A stretch of DNA of 64,000 bases from Candidatus Nomurabacteria bacterium. Lineage in GTDB: Bacteria > Patescibacteriota > Minisyncoccia > Phycocordibacterales > UBA9973. The stretch spans positions 12,292-76,291 of the forward strand of contig JBPOHQ010000007.1 in NCBI GenBank assembly GCA_052035405.1, given 5' to 3'. Below are positions 43,915-53,454 of this stretch, in pieces (the first letter of the stretch is position 1; every line of letters starts with the position of its first letter). A program made the translations under genes and the position numbers. The notes beneath the pieces are model-generated. The model saw nothing but the letters and a program-made list of their open reading frames with translations. It ran no database searches and was not told where the DNA came from.

Positions 43915-44931
43915 ATGAAAAATTATTTAAGTGACAGAAAAATTTCGCTAATAACTTCTCTATTTTTTGCACTATTTATTTTATTCAGTGCTAACCAGGT
44001 GTTTGCTCTTAGCTTATCTCCTGTTAGATTTGAGTTACAAGGTGATCCCGGACAATCTGTATCAGGAGAAATAATCTTAACTAACGAAACTGACTACCCT
44101 CAGACTTTCTATTCTTCTTTCTCAAACTTTGAAGCTCAAGGTGAGTCAGGTAACCCTGCTTTTGTTGTTCCTAAAAATGATTTAGGTACATGGATATCTA
44201 CTTCAGATATTGTTAATCTAGAACCACATGTTACTAAAAATGTTCCGTTCACTATAGATATACCAAAAGATGCTGAGCCAGGAGGTCATTTTGCTGTTAT
44301 CTTTTTTGGAGATACACCCGTAAATAATACTGGTGGTGGTGCAGTATCAGTTGGATCACAAACCGGTGCACTTGTCTTACTTTCTGTTAGTGGAGATGTA
44401 AAACAAGCAGGAGGAATGACAGCTTTCAACTTAAAGAACAATAAGCATTTTTATAATACTTTACCAGTAGATTTTGAATACAAATTTAAAAACGATGGAG
44501 GTGACCGCATTAAACCAGATGGTTTAATTACAGTTAGAAATATAATTTTTTATCCAAAAGTTAAGTTAGATGCTAACCCAAGTGAAGGGAATATACTTCC
44601 TGGAAGTACTCGAAAGTTTGAGATTAGTTGGATAAATTATTCTAGACCAAAAGACTTTACTCCTTCTTCAAATGTTTTTACTAGATATATAGAAATGGTT
44701 AAATATCAATGGCAAAATTTTGCTTTTGGTCCTTACTTTGCAAAAATACATCTTTCTTATGCTGGTTTAAATTTTGGTGACGGTAGTACCTTGTTTTTCT
44801 TTGTATTCCCTTGGCAACTTCTTATATTGATAGCTTTTGTATTAGGTGGATTGTATGTAATTGGAAAGAAAGTTCTCATACGTTACAATGCCCACATTAT
44901 AGAAAAAGCTAAACAAAATATGAAGTTGTAA
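43915..44931 (+). CDS. DUF916/WxL-interacting-like membrane-anchored protein
   Basis: LSLSPVRFEL..DPGQ...IPKDAEPGGHFAVIFF...FKNDG...ILPGSTRKF; C-terminal TM. Confidence 0.7.
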   Translation: MKNYLSDRKISLITSLFFALFILFSANQVFALSLSPVRFELQGDPGQSVSGEIILTNETDYPQTFYSSFSNFEAQGESGNPAFVVPKNDLGTWISTSDIVNLEPHVTKNVPFTIDIPKDAEPGGHFAVIFFGDTPVNNTGGGAVSVGSQTGALVLLSVSGDVKQAGGMTAFNLKNNKHFYNTLPVDFEYKFKNDGGDRIKPDGLITVRNIIFYPKVKLDANPSEGNILPGSTRKFEISWINYSRPKDFTPSSNVFTRYIEMVKYQWQNFAFGPYFAKIHLSYAGLNFGDGSTLFFFVFPWQLLILIAFVLGGLYVIGKKVLIRYNAHIIEKAKQNMKL

Positions 44932-44942
44932 ACTTTTCTTTA

Positions 44943-45851
44943 ATGAAACATATAATATTCAAAAAGACAATTATTGGTGTTTCGCTATTTTTCTTTTTAA
45001 TTTTTTCTATTTATTCGTATACTTTTGCTTTTGATATAACTTTTAGCGAAGATGTGAGTGTAACAGCACAAGTAGGTTCTATCATTACTTCTCCTAGTGG
45101 AGGGTCTGGATCCGGTTCGGATAATCCTATAATGTTGCCAGAGACAAGTGTGCTCTTTTCTGGTATAGCTTACCCAAATGCCATAGTTACTTTACTTAAA
45201 GATGGAGTAGAAAAAACTAAAGTAACGGCAAACAAAGATGCTTATTTTTCAATAACATTGTTCGAAGAGTATGAGAATAATGCTCTATATACTCTTTTTG
45301 CAAAAGATATAGAAGGCGGGCGTTCATTACTGTTAAATTATCCAATTGTAATTCATACTGGGTACACAACTTATGTTAATGGTATATTGTTTCCCCCTAC
45401 TATAAGTACAGACAAATTAGAAGTTGCATTAGGTGATTATCTGTCCGTGTTCGGATATGCTGCACCAGAAGAAGATATGAAGATTTTTTTTGAAGGACCT
45501 CAAAAAAAATCTTTTGCTTTAAAATCAAATAAATTAGGAAAGTATGCACTTACACTACCTTTATCTGGTTTAGTAAAAGGAGATTATGTTGTTTATGTAA
45601 AATATGAAGCACACACTAGAGTTAGTAAATTGATTAGATTCGTAATTGGAGAAAAGAATGTTCTAAATACAAAAGAAATTACTGATATACCAGGGGATTG
45701 TAACGCAGATAGAGCCATAAATCTTACAGATCTTTCTATCTTATCTTTTTGGTATAAAAGATTAAATCCACCTAAGTGTGTAGACGTAAACGCAGATAAA
45801 TTGATAGATTTAGTAGACTTCTCTATAGTAGCTTTTTATTGGACAGGATAA
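44943..45851 (+). CDS. Secreted Ig-like protein with C-terminal dockerin-like domain
   Basis: Duplicated Ca-loop GDCNADRAINLTDLSIL / DVNADKLIDLVDFSIV. Confidence 0.8.
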   Translation: MKHIIFKKTIIGVSLFFFLIFSIYSYTFAFDITFSEDVSVTAQVGSIITSPSGGSGSGSDNPIMLPETSVLFSGIAYPNAIVTLLKDGVEKTKVTANKDAYFSITLFEEYENNALYTLFAKDIEGGRSLLLNYPIVIHTGYTTYVNGILFPPTISTDKLEVALGDYLSVFGYAAPEEDMKIFFEGPQKKSFALKSNKLGKYALTLPLSGLVKGDYVVYVKYEAHTRVSKLIRFVIGEKNVLNTKEITDIPGDCNADRAINLTDLSILSFWYKRLNPPKCVDVNADKLIDLVDFSIVAFYWTG

Positions 45852-45857
45852 TTACAT

Positions 45858-46727
45858 ATGATCAAAAAAATTATTTTATTTTTAGTTATACTGTTTTCTT
45901 TTTCTACAAATGCACATGCTGCATCTCTTTTTTTGGATTCACCAACAGATATTAAAAAAGACCAAATTTTTGAAGCTAATATAAAGTTAGACTCTATGGG
46001 AGAAGTGGTAAACTCTTTTTCTATTAGTTTAGCGTACCCAGTAGAATTGCTTACCTTCAATGGATATAAGGAGGATTCTACTGTGATAAAGATGTTTATA
46101 GAGAAGCCAAAGGTTGTTAATGGTAAAATTTCTTTTAGTGGTATTATTCCCGGTGGTATTTCTGGATTTTACGATCCCAATAAAAAAGATGTAAACACAC
46201 TACCAGTTATAACATTACTTTTTAAACCAAGGAATGCTGGTGAAGGAGTCTTCTCTTTTACAGACATACAAATACTTAAAAATGATGGTTTGGGTACTAG
46301 CTTGTCTACCCAAAGTTCTGATAAAAATATAAAGGTAAATTCTGTAGAAGAATCTATAAAAGAAGAAAAGGACAGCATAAAGCCTCTTCCTTTTAATATA
46401 CAGTTAATAGAAGCATCTAGCCTGTCAAATACTCCACTCATGCTGTATTTTAATACAAGGGATTTAGATTCTGGAATAAAAAATTATCAAATAAAAATTA
46501 ATAATACTGTTTGGATGAACGCAGAGAGTCCTTATGTCATCTCAAGAGGATTTTTTGCAAAAAACTTCACAGTTAGGGCTTTTGATCATGCTGGTAACTA
46601 CGAAGACGCTCATCTTCGTTTGGAGGGTAAATCGTTTGATTTTATTACCCTAATTATATTAGTATTAATCGTGTTTGTCTTATGTCTCTCTTATCTGTTA
46701 ATATGGAGAAATGGTAAATTCGATTAG
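45858..46727 (+). CDS. Cohesin-like domain protein with C-terminal TM
   Basis: VNSFSISLAYPVELL...ISFSGIIPGG...LLFKP...G.FSF...ILKNDG. Confidence 0.75.
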   Translation: MIKKIILFLVILFSFSTNAHAASLFLDSPTDIKKDQIFEANIKLDSMGEVVNSFSISLAYPVELLTFNGYKEDSTVIKMFIEKPKVVNGKISFSGIIPGGISGFYDPNKKDVNTLPVITLLFKPRNAGEGVFSFTDIQILKNDGLGTSLSTQSSDKNIKVNSVEESIKEEKDSIKPLPFNIQLIEASSLSNTPLMLYFNTRDLDSGIKNYQIKINNTVWMNAESPYVISRGFFAKNFTVRAFDHAGNYEDAHLRLEGKSFDFITLIILVLIVFVLCLSYLLIWRNGKFD

Positions 46728-47853
46728 AAATCTTAATATATTTATATTTATCGGAGTACTTTTGTTAAGTCCAAGTATTTCTTCTGCAGATAATTCTAGG
46801 TTGTTTTTTAGCAATCCTCCAAAACAAATAGAAGAAGGAGAGAGGGTTACTTTTGATATAAATATTGAATCCAAAACTCAATCCATAAATGCTATATCTG
46901 GTGTTGTATATTTTCCTTCTGAATTATTGCAAGTTGTATCTGTTTCTAAAGAAAAGAGTTTAATCAATTTTTGGACACATGAGCCAAAAGTTTTTAGAGA
47001 CAAAATATCTTTTGAAGGAGTCATTTTAAATCCTGGGTTTCAAGGGTCTAAGAGTAAAATTTTTAGTATTACCTTTGAAGCTAAAAATAAAGGTACAGCA
47101 AATCTAGGCTTTACTGAGGGTTCAGTCCTTGCAAATGATGGTATGGGTAGCAATGTTCTTACCTATCTAGATAGGGTGATTTTTAAAATAATAGGTGTAA
47201 CGTTAAAGCCTGATACCACTGTACCTCAGCTACCTAAAAAAGATTTAGCTGAAATACCTAAAATAAAAAAAATTGCAAAATTACCCATAATCACAGACTA
47301 TCCATCTTTTGTGAACTCAAAAGAAAAATTACATTTAGAAGGTGAAGGTGAACCAAATGCACTGACAAAAATCGTCTTTGAAGATGTGTCTGTAAAATCT
47401 ATTGGAGAGAGGTTTATGGAATTTGTGCAGACAGAAAAGAAAAAGTTAGACAGCGTATTGGTTAAAAATAATGAAGTTGGTAAATTTGATTACGTTAGTC
47501 CCTCTGATCTATTAGCTGGTGTTTATAACGCTACTCCCTTTTTAATAGAAGAAGAAACAAACACTGAAAAACCAGGTTTTGGTGTTCAACTTTTTGTGAA
47601 GGACAGTAAAATAGTTAATTACCTCATTGTAGCCATAAATGTACTTGGGTTACTTATTCCTATTGTTACATTATGTGTGATAGTATATTTCATACCATGG
47701 TATTCATGGAGAAAAATGAGGGTTCTGAAAAGGAAATTAGGATTAGAAGAAGAAAAAATAGAGCTTATAGGTATTGACTTAGAAAGACAGAGTAATCAAA
47801 GGGTGGACAGGAGTGTCTCTTTTAAAGAAGAAAATATATTAAAAAAAGAATAG
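46711..47853 (+). CDS. Cohesin-like domain protein with C-terminal TM
   Basis: INAISGVVYFPSELLQV...ISFEG...ITFEAK..G.A.L.F...VLANDG. Confidence 0.78.
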   Translation: MVNSIRNLNIFIFIGVLLLSPSISSADNSRLFFSNPPKQIEEGERVTFDINIESKTQSINAISGVVYFPSELLQVVSVSKEKSLINFWTHEPKVFRDKISFEGVILNPGFQGSKSKIFSITFEAKNKGTANLGFTEGSVLANDGMGSNVLTYLDRVIFKIIGVTLKPDTTVPQLPKKDLAEIPKIKKIAKLPIITDYPSFVNSKEKLHLEGEGEPNALTKIVFEDVSVKSIGERFMEFVQTEKKKLDSVLVKNNEVGKFDYVSPSDLLAGVYNATPFLIEEETNTEKPGFGVQLFVKDSKIVNYLIVAINVLGLLIPIVTLCVIVYFIPWYSWRKMRVLKRKLGLEEEKIELIGIDLERQSNQRVDRSVSFKEENILKKE

Positions 47854-47863
47854 TTGCATCTAA

Positions 47864-48715
47864 ATGAAAGATAAAATAATTTTAAAAATTATATATGTTT
47901 TTGCTTGTATCGGTTTTATTTTCGTATTGGTTTTTCTATTAATGCAATTTGGGTTACTTAATGTTCGTGGTTCTATTAAAGAGAGAAATCAATTTTTTGG
48001 ACAAGTAAAGAAAACAGACAATACAAACGGATGCTTGCATGCCCCAGAGACGCAAGATGAAGAAGTGCTGTGTGCTTGGGTTGATACCGCAGAATGGGAA
48101 GTGGTTCGCGAAGGTTTAAAAAAAGATGCATCTATAATACAAGACGTCTCGCAGAAAACTGGTGTGTCGGCTCGGATGATTGCCGCATCTGTTGTCCCTG
48201 AGCAGATAAGGTTCTTTACTTCTAATAGGGAAAGTTTTAAAAGATATTTTGAGCCTATGAAACTTTTAGGTTCAATGTCTCAGTTTTCTCTTGGTGTGTC
48301 TGGTATCAAACAAGAGACTGCGAATGATATAGAAAAATATGCAAATGACTCAACTTCACCGTTTTATCCTGGAGGAGGATTCGCAGAACTGCTTGTCTAT
48401 CCAAATGGTGTAAACCACGACACGGAACTTTACAATAGGCTTACTGATTCAAAAAACCACTATTATTCTTATCTTTATACTGCCATTTATTTAAAAGAGA
48501 TAGAAACACAATGGAAGAATGCTGGGTTTGAAGTAGGTGATAGGCCAGATGTTTTGGTTACACTCTTTAATCTTGGTTTTAAAGCATCCAATCCTAAACC
48601 AAATCCACAAGTTGCTGGGTCTCTAATCTATGTCGGAGGTAAAAATTATACTTTTGGAGTACTAGGTAGTTCATTCTATAATTTAAATGAACTTATAGAT
48701 ATATTTCCAAATTAA
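47864..48715 (+). CDS. Membrane-anchored hypothetical protein, possibly lysozyme-like fold
   Basis: N-terminal TM; IAASVVPEQ...SLGVSGIK...TLFNLG pattern is only suggestive. Confidence 0.7.
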   Translation: MKDKIILKIIYVFACIGFIFVLVFLLMQFGLLNVRGSIKERNQFFGQVKKTDNTNGCLHAPETQDEEVLCAWVDTAEWEVVREGLKKDASIIQDVSQKTGVSARMIAASVVPEQIRFFTSNRESFKRYFEPMKLLGSMSQFSLGVSGIKQETANDIEKYANDSTSPFYPGGGFAELLVYPNGVNHDTELYNRLTDSKNHYYSYLYTAIYLKEIETQWKNAGFEVGDRPDVLVTLFNLGFKASNPKPNPQVAGSLIYVGGKNYTFGVLGSSFYNLNELIDIFPN

Positions 48716-48749
48716 TGACTTTTAATTTTAATTTTGTTATATTCTATCA

Positions 48750-48776
48750 ATGTCATTATCTATAGGCATTGTATGA
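48750..48776 (+). pseudogene. ychF: 5' fragment of ychF (MSLSIGIV*) at an island junction
   Basis: Matches the YchF N-terminus MSLSIGIV(GLPNVGKST); TGTTATATT extended -10 just upstream; stop follows immediately. Confidence 0.65.
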
Positions 48777-48869
48777 ACGCAACACGACATATACCCGATA
48801 AGGTTATTCCTTTCTATTTCACTATTAAATTACCACCGCCTTTAGTTAGAGGGGTGGACTATGGATTCA
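48750..48869 (+). repeat. 120-bp att-like junction, copy 1 (partner at 57824-57943)
   Basis: Ungapped alignment with copy 2; 89/96 identical after the first 24 bp. Confidence 0.92.
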
Positions 48870-48893
48870 ATTCAGTTGCAAAATAAGGGTGTT

Positions 48894-49838
48894 CTAAAAT
48901 TTTAATTTATAATTAAATATAAATTTATTACTAGAATATTTTATCTCACCACCTATAGGTATAATATTTATCGGGTGAGTGTGTCCAAAATCTACATTTG
49001 CCACAATAGGAATATTTTTTAATGCCATTTTATTTGCAATAATACTCTCCAGATCTTCTTTATTTATATTTGAATCTGTATCAAATCGGCCAATGACCAA
49101 AGCTTTGATCTTGTTAAAGTTGGGTTGTAAGGTTAATGTCTCTAACTGTCTATCAAACTCTCCCTTATCATCCAATGAATAGTGATCCCACTCAATAAAT
49201 AAAACTTTATCAGTTAAGTTTGGAAAAAATTCCGTACCGAACAAAAGACTAAAGCTAGGTAAATTTCCACCCACAGCAATTCCTGAAAAGTCACCTGGAT
49301 TAATGCTCCATAAACCTGAATTATCAATAATTTCTCTTTTTTCTCCAAACAATGCGCCGTAATACTTATCACTTACCTTAGCTTCATAAGATTCTTCTTG
49401 TTTTAAGGCAGCAGATAGACTGTCGGTGGTATTTGGTAAAAGAAGTGATGAACACAACCATCTGTAATTTATTCCCAGATATGATGTTAAACCGGTTTTA
49501 GTAAATATAGCATTACAAAGAACTGTAACATCTGAAGCGCCAAAAAAAGGCTTAGGATTGTTTTTAACTAGATCCCAATTTATATTAGAAAGTATTTGAT
49601 TTGAATTCGTCCCCCCATGATAGGCCATTATTAAATTCACCTCCTTATCTGACCATGCATCATTCCAGTCAGAGATTCGTTTTTCTATTGTTGTAGACAC
49701 CCCTTCTATTCCTTCTACATTTTTCCCGTACAAAACATTAAAACCCTCATTGTTAAGGAGACCTTCTGCAATATTTAATGTATTTTTGTGTCTCTCAAGC
49801 AAGGGGCTACTTGGAGCAATAATTTTTATGTTTTTCAT
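48894..49838 (-). CDS. S66 family LD-carboxypeptidase / MccF-like peptidase
   Basis: IIAPSS, GGTNSNQIL, GASDVT (Ser), GGNL, LFIE (Glu), DFGHT (His). Confidence 0.92.
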   Translation of the reverse strand: MKNIKIIAPSSPLLERHKNTLNIAEGLLNNEGFNVLYGKNVEGIEGVSTTIEKRISDWNDAWSDKEVNLIMAYHGGTNSNQILSNINWDLVKNNPKPFFGASDVTVLCNAIFTKTGLTSYLGINYRWLCSSLLLPNTTDSLSAALKQEESYEAKVSDKYYGALFGEKREIIDNSGLWSINPGDFSGIAVGGNLPSFSLLFGTEFFPNLTDKVLFIEWDHYSLDDKGEFDRQLETLTLQPNFNKIKALVIGRFDTDSNINKEDLESIIANKMALKNIPIVANVDFGHTHPINIIPIGGEIKYSSNKFIFNYKLKF

Positions 49839-49933
49839 TGTCTTATATAGCCATAGAATACCACTTTACACCATTTTTACAAGGCATGAATTTGAGTTGA
49901 CAACCTTAGTAATAAGGGTAACATGAGGTTTAT

Positions 49934-50953
49934 ATGAATAAAAACTCAAAATGGGCAGTAATAATATTATCATTAATTGCATTAATAGCTGTGTCAGGAT
50001 TCTTGTTCTCTGGTATAAAAACAAAAGAAAATACTCAGGTAGAGTCTCCTGAAATAAGAATAGGATGGCAAACACCCTGGGCCACCCAAGGACAATTGGT
50101 TCAAGTCTTGAAACACACCCAAATTTTAGAGAAACATAATGTAAGAGCTGATTTTAAAGGATTTACTTATGGTGGGCCACTAAACGAAGCCGCACTTGCA
50201 GGAGAAGTCGACATGATTCTAACCGCTGATCAACCAGCTGCAACATTACTATCAAAGAATGAAAATTGGACTATCATTGGAAGACTTATGTACAACAGGG
50301 TTTCTTTGTATGTGCCCCCAATGTCTCCAATACAAAATGTTTCAGATTTGAAAAATAAAACTGTAGCCATGCCTTTCGGAGCTGCCGCACAAAGAATGGC
50401 ATTAAAAGCAGAGGAAGATGCGGGTCTTAACCCAAACACAGATGTGAAGAATATTAATTTGGGTATCTATGAACAGTCTGATCTTATTCGTGATCCCAAT
50501 GCAAAGAAATGGGGCGATATAGATGCCATGGCAGGATTTGATCCACTTCCAGCGATTTTTGAAGAAAAGGGGTTAACCAGGAATTTAGGTGTTGGCAAGA
50601 TTGTATCTGTGATCCTAGTAAACAATTCAGTTTTGGAGAACAATCCTGAAGTCGTAACAAATTTCCTGAGTGCTTTTACTGATGCATATGATTATTATAG
50701 AACTAATGTTCAAGAAGCAGATGCTTGGTTTGTAGAAGAATCAGGTTTAGATATTACCCCTAAGGCGCTGGAAATCTCAGCAAGCCTTGAGCCAAATCTA
50801 AAAGTTAACAGTAAAGATGAAATAAGGATTGATTTTAATGATGAAGATTTTGCCATCATGCAGGAAGCAGCTGATTTTATCTTTAACCAAGGTCTAGTTG
50901 ATAAAAAGGTAGAGATGAAAAATTTTGTTAACACGACATATATCAAAAAATAA
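49934..50953 (+). CDS. ABC transporter substrate-binding protein (SsuA/NMT1-like)
   Basis: N-terminal anchor; F..GGPLNEA..AGEVD; I..VSDLKNKTVA. Confidence 0.9.
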   Translation: MNKNSKWAVIILSLIALIAVSGFLFSGIKTKENTQVESPEIRIGWQTPWATQGQLVQVLKHTQILEKHNVRADFKGFTYGGPLNEAALAGEVDMILTADQPAATLLSKNENWTIIGRLMYNRVSLYVPPMSPIQNVSDLKNKTVAMPFGAAAQRMALKAEEDAGLNPNTDVKNINLGIYEQSDLIRDPNAKKWGDIDAMAGFDPLPAIFEEKGLTRNLGVGKIVSVILVNNSVLENNPEVVTNFLSAFTDAYDYYRTNVQEADAWFVEESGLDITPKALEISASLEPNLKVNSKDEIRIDFNDEDFAIMQEAADFIFNQGLVDKKVEMKNFVNTTYIKK

Positions 50954-50959
50954 AACTCT

Positions 50960-52096
50960 ATGAAAAAAAATCTTATATTAATATCACTTGATACTTTAAG
51001 AGCAGATGTCGGATATAGTGGCAGATTCCCAACAATAGAGAATCTTCGGAAAAAATCAGTTTCTTTTCTGAATACAATCTCATCTGCCCCAATCACACCC
51101 ATCAGTCACGCTAGTGTGTTTACTGGATTACAGCCTTACAATCATGGAGTAAGACATTTGTTTAAGGAAAAACTAAACCTTAAACACAAAACTCTTGCTG
51201 AGTTATTAAAGAAGCAAGGTTACGACACCGCAGCCATTGTATCCTGCCCTGGGATGAATAAATGGTATGGATTATCAAAAGGTTTTGATTATTACAACGA
51301 TGAAATTCCGAGACTTCCAGATGGCACAGACCCACTAAAGACCGTAGATGTTAAAAAGAGAGGTTCTGCTTTAAAAAGAGCTGACGTCGTAGTCGACAAG
51401 GCCAAAGAATGGTTTTCTAAAAGGAAGTCAAAAAAACCTTTCTTCCTGTTTCTTCACTTTTTCGACACACATTGGCCATATGAAGCACCTGAAATATACG
51501 GTGGAAATAATATTTACGAACAAGAAGTAGCTTATGCTGATTATCACCTAGGAAAGTTTCTTGAGTATGTAAAGAGTGTGGTGAATCTAGACGACACAAC
51601 AATTGTATGTTTTTCTGATCACGGTGAAGATTTAGAAGGATTGTATCCAAACGACAAAGGAGGTAAAAAACTTGGACATCCTGAAGAATCTGGTCATGGT
51701 TGTTTGCTCTATGACCAAACTCAAAAAGTGATGCTAACTTTTAGTGATAAAAGTTTACCTAAAAATAAAGCTTTAAATAATCAAGTTCGACTGATTGACC
51801 TCACGCCAACTGTCTTGGATTTATTAGGAGTAAAAACTAGTTCAATTAAATTTGATGGTGTTTCTTTGCTTCCGGTCATCAAAGACAAGAAAAATATTAC
51901 ACCTGTGGCATATTCAGAAACCTTTTACCCAGAGGAGCAAAATCAATCTACAAATAATAAGTATCCAAATGCAAAGAATAAAAAATCTATTAGGATAGAC
52001 AACAAATATAAAGTCATCTTTAATCTAGAGAGTGACTTAATAGAGGTCTATGATCTAGAAAAGGATCCGAACGAGCAAAATAATCTTTTTCTGTAA
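50960..52096 (+). CDS. Sulfatase-like alkaline phosphatase superfamily enzyme (Thr at nucleophile site)
   Basis: ISLDTLRAD, APITPISHASVFTG, HFFDTHWPY, SDHGE. Confidence 0.88.
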   Translation: MKKNLILISLDTLRADVGYSGRFPTIENLRKKSVSFLNTISSAPITPISHASVFTGLQPYNHGVRHLFKEKLNLKHKTLAELLKKQGYDTAAIVSCPGMNKWYGLSKGFDYYNDEIPRLPDGTDPLKTVDVKKRGSALKRADVVVDKAKEWFSKRKSKKPFFLFLHFFDTHWPYEAPEIYGGNNIYEQEVAYADYHLGKFLEYVKSVVNLDDTTIVCFSDHGEDLEGLYPNDKGGKKLGHPEESGHGCLLYDQTQKVMLTFSDKSLPKNKALNNQVRLIDLTPTVLDLLGVKTSSIKFDGVSLLPVIKDKKNITPVAYSETFYPEEQNQSTNNKYPNAKNKKSIRIDNKYKVIFNLESDLIEVYDLEKDPNEQNNLFL

Positions 52097-52108
52097 TTAT
52101 TTAAAGTA

Positions 52109-53452
52109 ATGTTGGATCAGAATAAATTTTGCAATACTGAAGATCTGGTTAAAGCTGTTCAGGAGATGAGCGGGCGCGCAAAGGCGGCGAATTGCGAAAT
52201 TATTTATTTCATAGAGTCCGGTGGCCTCATGCTTAAAGACATATTCATGTCGCTTAAAGACAGGAGTGGTTTCAATGCTTCTGGTGTTGTATCTAGCAAG
52301 GTTACAGCACTAACTAAAATTCCATTGAGTTATCAAATAAAAGGTCTGTTAACTGAAGAAGAAATTAACTCAAAAATTAGCATCAATCAGATAGAAAAAA
52401 TAAGAGAAGTTATTCAGGTAAGTAAGTTTAATAACAAGGAAGATATTGTTAAATTATTCACCAGTGACCATGTCCCAGAAAAATCCCTAGGCGTTATTAT
52501 AGACACATTAACCATGTTAGGCGAAGTGTCCCCAGTAATAGAAAACAATAATAATACATTTTTTAAAGACGACACAAAGTTTATCCAGACAAAGGAAAAA
52601 TTGCTGAGTGAACGTATTAAAGCGCTTCCAAATATAAGACATGATATTCGCCCTATACTGAATATTCTTTTAGAAAATACATCTTTTGCTAAAAAGATTA
52701 GTGGGAAGAAAATTTATGTAATAGACGAAGCAACTAGCAGAGGTCGGGCTCTGTGGTCCATTGAAATAATACTAAAGGCTTTTTGCTCTAGCGCGGTCTG
52801 GAAGATTGGGGTTATTTACAGCACAGCACCAGTCAAATCAAGTGAATACATTGACTATATTTTCAGTAGCACTAAACCACCACTACTAACAAACCGTCCA
52901 GATGTATTGGGTGTTATAGTGGCAAAAGATGAACAAGTTGGATTCAAAAGGAATGAAATTAATGGTCTACTAAACCATCTGGCTTATGCGGAGTTTGATC
53001 ATTTGTCATATGATACAAATCTACAAATCATTCACAAAAAAATTGAATCCATATCGACTAAATTTCAAATATCCTCTTCTTTGTCGACAGATCAAAAACT
53101 AAAACTAATAAACTTTTGGATAAATTGTAATGTTAAAGAGCACTTTGAAGAATGTTTGAATCTGAACCTAGTAAGTTGTACTGGAATAATTGAACAAACA
53201 TCATTTTATTTATGCGCACCGAATCCTTTTGCAGACATTAAAGAAAGAGAATCCTTTAAGAAGGAGTCGCACAACTTCCTAGATAAACTACTAGAAATTT
53301 ATAATGATCCAGAATATTCAGATGAATTTAATAGCATTAAGGAAAAACTAATTCAGGCCAAAAAGTCGATAAATTTAAAAGAGTTAACAGATTGGCAAAA
53401 CAATAGGAACAATTTCCTGAAAGAAATCAATCAATTTATTAGCGTGATATAA
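52109..53452 (+). CDS. Hypothetical protein with type I phosphoribosyltransferase-like motifs
   Basis: IIYFIESGG and IYVIDEATSRGRAL (PRPP-loop-like) separated by a long insert. Confidence 0.55.
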   Translation: MLDQNKFCNTEDLVKAVQEMSGRAKAANCEIIYFIESGGLMLKDIFMSLKDRSGFNASGVVSSKVTALTKIPLSYQIKGLLTEEEINSKISINQIEKIREVIQVSKFNNKEDIVKLFTSDHVPEKSLGVIIDTLTMLGEVSPVIENNNNTFFKDDTKFIQTKEKLLSERIKALPNIRHDIRPILNILLENTSFAKKISGKKIYVIDEATSRGRALWSIEIILKAFCSSAVWKIGVIYSTAPVKSSEYIDYIFSSTKPPLLTNRPDVLGVIVAKDEQVGFKRNEINGLLNHLAYAEFDHLSYDTNLQIIHKKIESISTKFQISSSLSTDQKLKLINFWINCNVKEHFEECLNLNLVSCTGIIEQTSFYLCAPNPFADIKERESFKKESHNFLDKLLEIYNDPEYSDEFNSIKEKLIQAKKSINLKELTDWQNNRNNFLKEINQFISVI

Positions 53453-53454
53453 TA

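Noticed and set aside
48750-48850. TGA readthrough (code 25) extending MSLSIGIV
   Set aside because: TGA ends normal genes here (e.g. ASCH at 698-700), long genes have no in-frame TGA, and the read-through sequence does not resemble YchF
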